This document shows positions 52,920 to 64,000 of a DNA stretch of 64,000 bases, one piece after another. The notes beneath the pieces are model-generated. The model ran no database searches. It saw only the letters and a list, made by a program, of their open reading frames with translations, and was not told where the DNA came from. A program made the position numbers and the translations under genes. Within the stretch, counting starts at the first letter, position 1, and every line of letters begins with the position of its first letter. The stretch comes from Geosiphon pyriformis uo1 (taxonomy: Eukaryota > Fungi > Glomeromycota): contig JAAOMT010000577.1 in assembly GCA_016748015.1 (NCBI GenBank), forward strand, positions 350,489 to 414,488, written 5' to 3'.

Positions 52920-54799
52920 CTTTTATTATATTTTTGTTTTTAACTGTTTAGATTTTGTTATATTTTTGGGTTGAAATGTTCTTAGATTTGTTTCATTCTC
53001 AACAAACTGTTGGCATTTTTATTTTTTTTTCCTTTTTTGTAATGTACTGTATATTTAAATGGTGAAAGTTCTATCTTCTATTTGGCATGATAATAATCTT
53101 TAAATTTTTGCTTTTGAATTGCAGTCAATCTTTTATGATTAGTATAAACATCAAACTTTTGACTCAAGTATTCTTTCTATTTGATAATAGCCCAATAGAT
53201 AACTAAGTATTCTAGCACTGGAGTTCTATAGTTTTTTTCAGCTGGACTTAAGCTTTTGCTGGTATAAGCTACTGGATTTTTTCGTCCATCCAATTTTTTT
53301 TGAGATAGTACAGCTTCTAATGCTTGACCAAATGCTTTAGTGATAATAATAAATGGTTTGCTGTGGTTTGAATAAATTAATACTGGGGCTTGAATAAGTT
53401 TTCTTCTAAGTGTGTCAAAAATTTTTTGTTGAGTTTCTATCTATTTGTATTTGGTGTTCTTTGTTTGGAGTTGATGTAATAGTTAAGCTATTTTGGAAAA
53501 GTCTTTAATAAAGCAGTGGTAGTATCCAGCAAATTCCAAGAATATTCTTAATTCTGTGAGATTATTTGGTACTGGAAAGTTCTTAACAATCTTGATCTTA
53601 TTTGGATCTGTTTTGATATCATCTTTTCTCACTACATGTCCCAAAAACTTGAGTTCTGTTTTGCCAAAGAAGCATTTGTTTGCATTTAATTTCAATTCTG
53701 CTCATCTGAGTCTTTCAAATACTTGTTGTAGATAATGTAGATGATTATCAAATGTCTTGGAGAACACATTGGTATCATCCAGATATACAACTACTGATTT
53801 CTATAGCAGTCTAATATAGACAATTTCCATGAGTCATTGAAATGTGGCTGGAGTATTTATTAAGCCAAATGGCATAACTTCAAATTTGAAATTTTTTTTT
53901 CAAGTTGTAAAAGCCGTTTTCTTCTTGTCTTCTGGTTTCATGGCTACTTGCCAATAACCACTGTCTAAGTCTAAAGTCAAGAACCATTTCTTTCCTCCAA
54001 AAACATTGAAAAGTTTTTAGATCTTTAGAATTGGATAGTTATCTTCTTTGGTTACTCTATTAAGTTTCTGGTAATCTACACAAAAGCAAATTTTTCCATT
54101 TTTTTTACAGACTAATATTACTGGTAATAATCATGGGCTCATTAATGGCTGAATTAGTCTATTGTTAAGCATCCAATTGATTTCTTAATGAATGATCTCA
54201 TGGCTGGCTGGTAGTACTCTGTATGCTTTTTGTTTAATTGACATTGCATCTCCAGTTTTAATCTGATGTTAAATAATATCAGTTCTGTCAAATTTGTTCT
54301 CACTGGCAAAGATGTCATTGAAATTATTAAGTAACATTTTAAGCTGCATATATTGTAATGAGTCTAGATTTCTCAAGTTCATCTGTTCCAATTGTTCTGA
54401 TTGGAGCAAATAACATTCTTCTCATTTGTATATTGTTTGAGATATAATATCTATATATCTGCACAGTTATGAAAAGTTTGAAATGAGGTTTGGTGATTTT
54501 TCTTTAATTTCAGTGGTTAAATATTCAATGGTAGTTCTTTCTGGTATCTTGATGATATTTCTTGTGTTGTTGTAAATAGAAATTTTGATATGACTGTGGT
54601 TCTTGGCTGGTATATATAAATTAACTAATCTAATCTCTCCTAATTCACAAAGGGTTGCTTCTGCCTTAAAAATCTGAATCTAACTTTTTTCTCTATGGCT
54701 ACCATATACTGATCATATGGTGGAATGAAAATTAATTGACAGGTGAAGATAATTTCTCTCTTGTCAATAATTTTTTCTTCTATCATATTAACTGATACA

Positions 54800-55200
54800 T
54801 TTATTCTACTCATTAATCCAAATTCCTATATTCCTCTAGCTGTAATCTCTAATTTTTTCTTGTTTTCCACTGATTCTAATTGAGCTATTTTCATCAAAGA
54901 CAGAAATATTGCCTGTGCTATCTTTTCATTTGGCTCTATAATATAGGTCTTTTTTAAATTATTTTGTAGTATTGCAATAATATTTCCTAGATATTCTGCA
55001 TTAATTATTCTTTCTCTGATGTTGATTCCCTTTTTCACTAAGCTACTTTTAGATGCTAGTTGAACTATTGTTGTTGTTAGAATTTCCAGTGCTACTTTGA
55101 GATTAATGCAGATACATGAATATGATTCCAATTTGATGGCATCTTTTCTGAGATATCTTAGATCAAACCTTGTATTAGTATTATGTACTTGTTTTGACAT
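54800..55200 (-). pseudogene. dut: dUTPase domain of G
   Basis: TRFDLRY, ASKSSLVK, IINAEYLGNI, EKIAQAIF, RGI*EFG. Confidence 0.85.
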
Positions 55201-58200
55201 GATACTTTTATTATTATTATTGAACCATTTAAGTTCTTGTTTCTTGATGAAGTCAGAAAGTACAATGTATTGTTTGGGATTTGAATCTGAGTTGGAATCA
55301 TCATAATTATTATTGCCATTTCAGATAAAGCTGGAACTATTGTTATCATCATCATTATTGTCAAAGTTTAAATTGGGATTAAATGTCAATTTTGATTTTA
55401 ATGCACAGCTGTTGATTGGTTCTTTCTTTTCAGGGATTGTGTAGATCATGCATGGTGATGGATTGTAAATGAGGTTATACTTATTACAATATTGAAAGTC
55501 ATATAAGATCAAACAGTGGTCACATAGTTGGGTGTTTATTTTTTTTAAACATTGCTCTTGTTTTTCTCTGGTAAGTGTTAGTCATTGATAGTGCTTATAA
55601 AATTCTTTGAAATCATTTTCAATGTTGCCAAAGACATCAAATGTTTGGACATATTTGGGTTCAGGGAGTAATAAGGGGTTGTTTTTGATTTTTAGTAGTT
55701 CACTGATTATTGTGCTTTCTGTTTTTGTACTTGCCATTCTCCAGATTTCATGTTTATCATAAAAATATCCTTTCAGTCATCACAATGCTCTTTTCCAGAC
55801 ATCATCAATTGGGGTTTTTTTACATACTCAGTCATTGATTAGGATCATATATTGGCATGTTTTGTCACATGTTTCTTCACACTCAGGAATGTTATTCCAC
55901 ATTTCTTTGTCAGACAAAATTGTTTTACATGTTAGACAGAGTTTGTTGTCCTATTTTTCTTGTCTCTTTGGTTTTCCAAACCATTCCAGGATGCATGGGT
56001 GGCAATAAAACTTTGTTACAGTAGGGTATTTTTTATCATCACTCCAACATGTGTTCATTAATGACAATTTCTTATCACAATTGATACATACTAGTTTTAG
56101 TCAGTGATAGTTAGACTGGTGTGATAGAAAGTAAGTATATGGTGTATAAGTAGAGGTAGTGACTGGTGCTAATTCTTTTTTTTTCTCCTTTCTTTTTTCT
56201 TTTTCTTCTCAAGTCTAAATTAGTGGCCACTCACTTTGGTCATTACTATTTCAATAACTTTGGTTGGTTTCCCAGGTAAATTCTTCTTCTCTTTTGTCAT
56301 CTCATGATAGTATTAGCAGTAATTTGTTGTGGTTGGCATTGGCCCAGGAAACTTGGTATGCTTCTTAGGTAGATTTTTTTTCATCATCATCGAACTTGAT
56401 GAGTAGTGCTGGCACATTATTACTGGATTTGAAATGACCATACATTGTTGGTACTTGTGTGTATTGTCTATTCTGGCTGAGTTGCAATTCCTAGGTAGTC
56501 TAGTCAAGAATTGCATTTGTTTTGGACAGCCAATCATTATTAATGAGTGCTTAGTATTGAGTGGCTTCTATAACTAATACTTTGATTAGTATAATGATGT
56601 TATTGACTTTTATAGGAAAGTCATCAATCTCATCAGTTGGAGTTTTGGTTACTCCATTGGCTATTATAATTTAGGTGCTGGCAACACAATCAACTTGGCA
56701 ACTTAATTGGTCCATGAGTTGTCATGTAATAATGTTGTCTGCTGAACCACTATCTAGAATTAATTTTATGACCTGACCATCAACTTTAACATTAATGTAC
56801 ATAGCAGTAATGGGTTTTTCTTTGAATACAGCTTCATTGAACAATGGTATTTGTAATGGTTCCTCAAATTTAAATGGGAAAATTGCTGCTAGTAATTCAT
56901 TGTTGGTTACAGTGGCTGAAGGTATATTGCTGATAAGTAATTTGTTTTGGTTGGATTCTTGGTTGTTGGATAAGATGTCTTCTGGGGTAACCAGGAGACT
57001 TAAATAGTGTTAAAAATTTGGGTTTTGAGTGTATCTAGTCTCCAAATTCTGAGAGCATATTTTTGATTGTTGGATGAAAAAGCTGGAAATCAGTTAATGA
57101 ACAATTATTACCAATCTCCAGTTTTGTTGTGTTATTCTTGGCCTTTGTGTTTTGGTTTGAGGTAAGTTTTAAAACAGTATTTGAATTTGTTGAGGCTAGT
57201 ATATTACTTGTGGCTGTGGCTAATAAATGATGGGTGTTGCTGGCTGATAAATTGGAGCTTGATATACTAATAAATTGGCTGTTGTGTCATTTGGATGTAA
57301 TAAGATAAGTATTAATCTTGATTTGGGTATTGATTCAGAGTTTGAAATCTGTAATTGGGGTTTTGATATTGATTTCCCAATTGTGGGTTATTATTATAAG
57401 AATGGCAGTTAATTCTGAAATGGTCTTGTTTATCACAATTATGACAAATATATGTCTCTTGCTGCCATGGCTGATTGGATGATAATGAAAAATGCAAGTG
57501 ATTTTGAGAGCAATTTATGTTTCCAGAATTATTGTGTCATTAAAATGGCTGATAAATTGCATAATTGTCAGCTAAATATCCTTCTAATTTCTGATTAATT
57601 GAATTATTGAGTTGTTTCAATTTGGAATCCAAGTTAGATAGTCTATTTATGATTAGGTTTATGGCTTGGACATAGTTAGTTTCTAATTCAGTGGCTTTAA
57701 AATCTCTAGCATTGGTAACTGTGGCTTGTAAGTTAGCTGAATGTAGTAAATGTATGCATTGCAGAATACTGCTACATAATTCACGAATAAATTGATTTAG
57801 AATTTGAGCCACTGTAAAATAATTGGTGTTAATTGCTTGTATCTGGTACAGATTCCTATAGAAGTGTTTCAAGTAAGTGGTAACAGCTTCAGTTTCCCCT
57901 TTTTTTATGGTGGTGAAGATGTTAGTTAACTGGTTGATACTGTTATTGTTGCTGAAGTATTACAGAAATTCAAACTTGAAGATATTGAAATCTTGGGGTT
58001 TGTTGACCAAGCTTTAATACTAAGAGTCGGCAGTATCCTGGAGAAAATAAGGAATTGCTTGTATGGCTTTGGCATTATTTTATCTATTGGCTGCAATGGT
58101 TTTTTCCACATCATTTAGTCACACTTGGGCATCATTCTCTTCACCAGTAAATTTTTTGAGTTTTGCTATTGGGATGTAGACTATTGAATCCAAGTTTGGT

Positions 58201-59256
58201 TGTGGTGGTTATTGAAAGAGTAATTGCTGAGATGGTATTGGCAGCTGTTGAAGTTGTTCAGCAATCAGATCAATTGGTTGTTGATTAATAATAATTTCTG
58301 AAGGTAAGTTTTGCTGATTAATTAACTTGAGATTTGAATTGTTCAGAGTTTGCTGGGTTTGAATATTTGGAGTTTCAACTTCTGGATTTTCTAGAATTGG
58401 GTTTTGGTAATTAAATTCCTGACCCTCTTTTTTTTTTTTCTTCTGAAATTATTATTTCTCAAGAACTTGTGATTCCAAAGTCTGATAGAGGTGGTGGTGA
58501 TTAAAATCCTGATGGTATTAGCAATCATGATTTAAATCTTTCAAAGTAATTGCCATAAGTTCTCAATAATTCTGCTTTTTTTTGTTTACTTTGAAATGGA
58601 AGTCATCTGAATGTTAATGTTGTGTTTGATGTAAATATGCCTGCTGATGAGATGTTGATAGCACTTTCAGATATATAGTGATATAATAAATTGGTTGAAG
58701 ATTCTACTCTTGTTTTCTTTTAAATAGATGGTTGTATTCTTTGTGGTGTTACTTCTGGTGTTTGTGGTTTTTCTTTGTCTTTGTTTGTATAGGTAATTGG
58801 ATATCTTTGTTGAGTGTGATGTTTAATTTCTTTATTGATTTTGGTGAAAATTGCTGTGAAATTATAATTTGCTGGTAGACTGGTATTTTGAATTAATTTG
58901 TTGTAGAAATTTTTTCTTGCTGAGTCAGTTTCTACTGATACTCCTAACAAATATGAAATTTTCTTGTTAATGTAGAAATTGAAGGCTAATTCTATTAATA
59001 AGTAGTTGTTGGTTAATCCCAAGTGTTGACAATAGTATTGAAATAAAGATTTGGCAAATTCTAAATGGTTTGTCCTTATTCTTTCTGGTTTTGCCACTTT
59101 TAGATGATTGTTTGTTAGTGCTAATTTTCTGTAGGATTATACTTTACAAAGAGCACCAAATATTACAGATGATTATTTGGAGTCTCAAAGCAAATAACAA
59201 ACCTGTAACTTGGTGTTCAAGTGTTATGACAATTGATAATATCTGAAAGTGTTGTA

Positions 59257-59374
59257 ACCTAAAGATTTTGGTTATCTGAAAGTTTGATTATCTGAAGGTT
59301 TTGGTTATCTGAAGGTTTTGGTTATTTGAAGGTTTTGGTTATCTGAAGATTTTGGTTATCTGAAGATTTTGGTT
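59257..59374. repeat. 17-bp tandem repeat (ATCTGAAGGTTTTGGTT, 7 copies) in the G 5' LTR
   Basis: Seven units counted directly; the second is 16 bp. The G 3' LTR has four units at 50057-50123. Confidence 0.9.
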
Positions 59375-59672
59375 GAGTTTTTTATATAATAGACAGTGAT
59401 TTAATTAATAGTTTTATCTGTAGCTTTCCAAAACTGCAGTTTTATCAATTTCTTTTTTAGCATGATGATCAGTAATTCTTCTGATAAAATATCCTCAATT
59501 TTGAGTGTTTACCTTTATCCTGGGTCTTTTACCAGTACTATATCTTAATGTTAATACCTTTACATGTAAATTTTTTTAATTAAGTTAGCAAATAACAATG
59601 AAAATAAAGCAAAAAAAAGAAATAAAAAATAAGTCAAGGTGATTTACACATTAGTATCCCATCAATAGCCAT

Positions 59673-60436
59673 TGTTATAGATGATTATCTGGAGTCTCAA
59701 AGCAAATAACAAACCCATAACTTGGTGCTCAATTAATATAATAATGTTGGTTTCTGAAAGTTGTTTGTATCTGAAAGTTTTGGTTGAGTTCTTTGTATAA
59801 TGTACAGAGATTCAATTGTTGTTTTCTCAGTAGCCTTCTGAAATTACAATTCCATCAAATTTTTTTCTCAGTGTGGTGGCTGGTAATTTGACAAAGATGC
59901 TCTTCTAATAAGCTATCCTTAAATTCTCAATGTTATACTTTTTCTTTGGGGTTTTTTACCAAACTACTCTTGATGTTAATAATTTAGTGCTTTTTCTCTT
60001 TAATTAATTAATAAAACAAAAGAAATAATAAAACAAAATAAAAGAAAATAAAAAAATAAGCCAAGACAATAAATGTTAGTATTTCATCAATAGCCATAAT
60101 CAAGAGCTATTGTTTCAGTGTAGTTATGTATCAATTACTATTAACATAAAGTATTGATAGTGGAAAATAGATTTGAGATATTGAATAATTATTTATTAAT
60201 ATTTTTGATGTGGAAGGTTGTTTAGATTAAATCTAAACTGAGAGGTCTGTCTTTTTTTCTTCTACTGTTACCACTATATATACATAATTGATATTCTACA
60301 AGATTGCTCACATTTCCGAGCAATGTGCCATAATTTCTGACATTGTTCTACATTGCTAAGCAATATGTTTACATGCTAACTACTACTCTCTTATTGGTCT
60401 ACTATTTTCTATATCTGTTTTTTTTTATGAGTAACA
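59673..60436 (-). mobile_element. Solo LTR, family A variant with a different U3, inserted in the G 5' LTR
   Basis: TGTTA/TAACA ends; 4-bp TSD CCAT (59669-59672) / CTAT (60437-60440). The host LTR reads continuously across it (atcaatagccat-aatcaagagc). Confidence 0.9.
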
Positions 60437-60812
60437 CTATAATCAAGAGCTATTGTTCTAGTGTGGTTAAGTATTAATTATTATCAACATGAAATGTTAA
60501 TAGTAAAGAATAGGTTGAAATAGTGAATAATTATTTATTAATATTTGTGTGTAGAAAAGTTGTTTAGATCAAATCTAAACTGAGAGGTCTGTCTTTTCTA
60601 TTTCTAATGCTACTATTATATATACATAATTGAGATTTCTCAATTTCTCAATTTTTCACACCAGAAATCTTGCAATTTTTTATATAAGAATCCTGAAATT
60701 CCTGAAATTCTGCAATTCCTCTGAGAAAAATCCTGGAATTCCACATTTACTATGACTACTTCTGATTAACTAATTTATATGCTAATATATTTCTTATATT
60801 CTATGAGTAATA

Positions 60813-63800
60813 CTGTTTAACAATAAACTTTTAGTAATAATACTAAGTTTGTATGCTAATATTTTTGTTAGTGTATATTTTAATTAGGTCTGTAAAGTAA
60901 ATTTATGCATTACTAAAGCAGTTAATTTAAGTTTTTATATAGTATTAAGTGGTAGTTTTAATAAAAATGTAATAAAAAAAAATGTGAATTTGAAGAAATA
61001 TTTTAATTTAGATTTGTACAATTCTCTTTTAAATAATTTTGTTGTCAAACTTTTGATATGAAGTAATTTAAAAAGTGTAAAAAAGACTATAAATTATATT
61101 TTTATTAATAAATATTTTTTGATGGCTGTAGTTAATTAAGAAATTAATAATATATTTGATTTTTTTAATATTAATTATATGTCTGTTTTAATTTTTTTCA
61201 GCTTAAGTGGTTTTTTAAATAAATATTAGAATAAAATTTGAAAATATATTATTAAAAATTAATAAAAGTTTAAGATTAAAAATATAAATTATGTCAAATG
61301 AACATGCTTTGAAAAAGTTTTTTTTGTTAAGTTTTTAATAATAATAAATAAATTTGTAAACATAAAAATTTTTGATAATTTGGATGTTATATAGAAAATA
61401 TTGAAAGAAATAATGATAGATTTAGCTAATTTAATATTTTTTAAACATTGATTTAGCAAGTTTAAGTGCTTAAAAAACAAATAATCTTTAAAGTTTTTTG
61501 GATTAAAATTGTTAATTGCTAAAATTATAAAGAAATTAAGCTTGAACAGCAAATTTAAATGTAATTATTTTATTAAAAAATAGTCTACTATTAATAATAA
61601 AGTCTTTTAAAGTTAGAAATATGTTTTGAAATAGTGCAAAGTTAATAAATATTATTAACTACTTGTTAATAATCAAAAAAAAATATAAAAAATTCAAATA
61701 TTATAAGTTAAAAATAACCAAAAATATAGATGTTAAAAAATAATTAAGAAATAAATAAAAAATTTTAGTTCTAATAAAGGAAGCATAATAAAAAGTATTT
61801 TGAAATAATAATTCTAAAATATTTAGTAATTAAGAAAAAATTGGTTCTAAAATCAAATCAAATAAAATTTAAAGTTAATAAAATTATAATAAGTTAGATA
61901 AAAAAGCAAAAAATATTTGCAATACTGTTTAATTTGTGGTCTTACTAATATATACTATTAAATTATATAAAAAAATGTTTTTTTTGCTATAATAAATAAG
62001 ATTTGAATAAATAAATTGGTTTTAGTTATTGATAATCTGTTTAATAACAAAATTGTTAGTTTATTTAAAATATTTTTTAAAATGCCAATTTCTTGGTTTT
62101 GAAAAATACTTTGATCCAATTTCTTGTGTTTGTTATTGGTTTAATAATAAAAAATGCTTTAAAAAAAAGCCAAGAGTTTTGATTAATTCTGCAAAATATG
62201 TGCAAAACATATAATTCAGTTAATTAGCATTTTTTAGAAGCTAGTTTGAAATATATTAAAATATATAATAAGTTTATTAAGTTTTTTAAAAATATATACA
62301 TAAACAAAATTAACAAAATAATGACTAATTTTGGTTTTTAAATAATCACAAAGTATAAAATAGTTTTAATCAAAGTAAAATATTTTCTCTGTTTTTTTGG
62401 AAGATTTTTTATGATCTATTATTATATAAAATAATAAGACATAAACATTTATGTAAATATAAAATCAACACTAATTTTATGGCAAAAATAAATAAAGTAG
62501 AAATTAATAGAAAAAATTTACTTTTTTTATAATTAGTGCTTTTATTAATAATATAATTTAGATAAAAAACAATCAAACTTTAACACAATATATTTTGGAT
62601 ATTTTTAGTAAGTTTTTTAGGATTAATAACATTTTTATTAACAATAACAAAACAATAGTAATTTTTATTAATTAGAAAATTGTAAATACTTTTTTGTATA
62701 TTAGTAATTAGTCTATTTTTATTCTCAAATATAGTAAATCTTATAGATATTTGGAATTTTTTGTCAACAGAAAATATGTTTAAGTTAAGTCTTGTCAAAG
62801 CATATTTAAATATTAAGTTTTTTTTGAATTTGGTTTTTAAAAAAGTATTATTAAATAAACAGTTTTTTATTTGGTCTTAGCAATTTTTTAACTTATAATA
62901 AATTATTAAACACAATTTAATTTTATATTTAAAAGTATATATCAAAAATAAAATATTATGATTAGAAAAAAGTTTAGATTTAAAACCAATTTGCTTAGAA
63001 ATTTTTCTAATTAAACTTTATACTATTTATTTCTGTATAAGTTAAAGTTTTTTAAACAAATACAAGCAAAAAGCAAAATAGCTTTAGTAATTTGGTTCTC
63101 TAATACAACTAAAATCTTTGGCCAATTATTTAATACTACTTTTTGGATTTACAAGTTTTAGAATAAATATTTATAAACTTATTATAATACTCAATTAAGC
63201 TAAAAATTAGTTCTGTGAATAATTATTTAATAAACATTGTAAAAATTTTTTTGAATAATCAAATTTCTCTAACTAATAACTTGCCCAACATATTTTATAG
63301 TTTTTACTACATTTTAATGTCCAAGATTTTGAAATATTCTTATTATTTTAAGATAATTTATTCTTTGAAACATTTTAATATTGTCTTTAAAAACAAGTAA
63401 TTAGATAAACACAAATTATTTGTAAATTAAAAAATTTTTTATTATTAAAAAAAATTAAGTTCTAAAAACTCAATACTATTATAACTTAAAAAAGTTTCAG
63501 TTTTTATAAATAATTTCTTACTAAATCTAATAAAATTGTTCTTATTTTTGGTTGGTTAAATTTTTTGTGTTTAAAAACTTTTTGGACATTTAAAAATATT
63601 TGCATAAATTGTAAACAGATATTTTTAATGTTTATACTAATAATTTTTTGAATTATTTAAGTATTGTAAAAGTGGCTAATAAAATAATAGCTTATTTTTC
63701 TAATAGTAAAATGAATATAGATATAAAAGTATATGAACTGTTGTTTTTAATGATATTAAAATTACAGATGATTATCTTAGCATTAAAATGTATTCTTTTT

Positions 63801-64000
63801 TTTTGCTTAATAATTTTGCATATAAACAGTCAAACTATTATAAATATATATGTTTTAGAGTTTAAGTTTATCTGTTTGATTTTTAAAACAAGTATTAAAT
63901 AAAGAGATATTATATAACTAATTTAGTTAAATTGAAAAATATTTTTGTTAAATAGGTAAAAATTAAAAGTTATTTAAAGAATACAAACAATAATTAAGCT
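60813..64000 (+). mobile_element. Severely eroded LINE ORF2 (mid-APE through RT to RNase H); 5' part missing
   Basis: Starts LFNNKLLVIILSLYA, matching LFKDKLLVTFLGLYA at ~11369; KTINYIFI. Collinear with 11369-14830; RNase H remnant at ~63620-63990. Confidence 0.8.

Larger units (their letters stand above)
50003..60812 (-). mobile_element. Family A element G, nearly complete: 5' LTR 60812-59161, PBS, ORF1 (to TAA 52984-52982), integrase, ORF3, PPT, 3' LTR 50839-50003 (truncated by F)
   Basis: Paired LTRs share a private 17-bp repeat array. PBS 59158-59151; PPT ~50854-50843. CHNCDKQDHFRINC, ILDSGSADNII, YLDDTNVFSKTF. Confidence 0.92.

Noticed and set aside
59257-59374. Regular short repeats (also 16741-16860, 46792-46901, 21208-21375) as CRISPR arrays
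   Set aside because: Units are head-to-tail with no unique spacers, all lie inside LTRs, and there are no cas genes.

Overview
AT-rich eukaryotic DNA made up entirely of decayed, nested retrotransposons. I found no host gene, RNA gene or CRISPR array. The families look like those of Glomeromycotina fungi (Geosiphon/arbuscular-mycorrhizal type), but that is recall only. Contents: three copies of one LINE family (APE-RT-RNase H-CCHC), including a near full-length copy at 8974-15884, and three Ty3/Gypsy-like LTR families, here called A, B and C, with TGTTA...TAACA termini, a TGGTGCTC primer-binding site (A and B) and 4-bp target sites. All ORFs are broken, mostly by C>T/G>A changes. Most notable: families A and B appear tricistronic. 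ORF1 (leader-Gag-protease-Cys-rich domain-dUTPase-RT-RNase H) stops right after RNase H. Integrase is a separate ORF with its own ATG behind a 42/46/62-nt spacer (three different phases). A conserved non-Env ORF3 follows and runs to or into the 3' LTR. Most target sites can be read as decayed CCGG/CCGT-like 4-mers, the signature reported for Ginger1 DNA transposons. The central B element (30454-40355) lacks a TSD and appears to join two separate retrotransposon nests.
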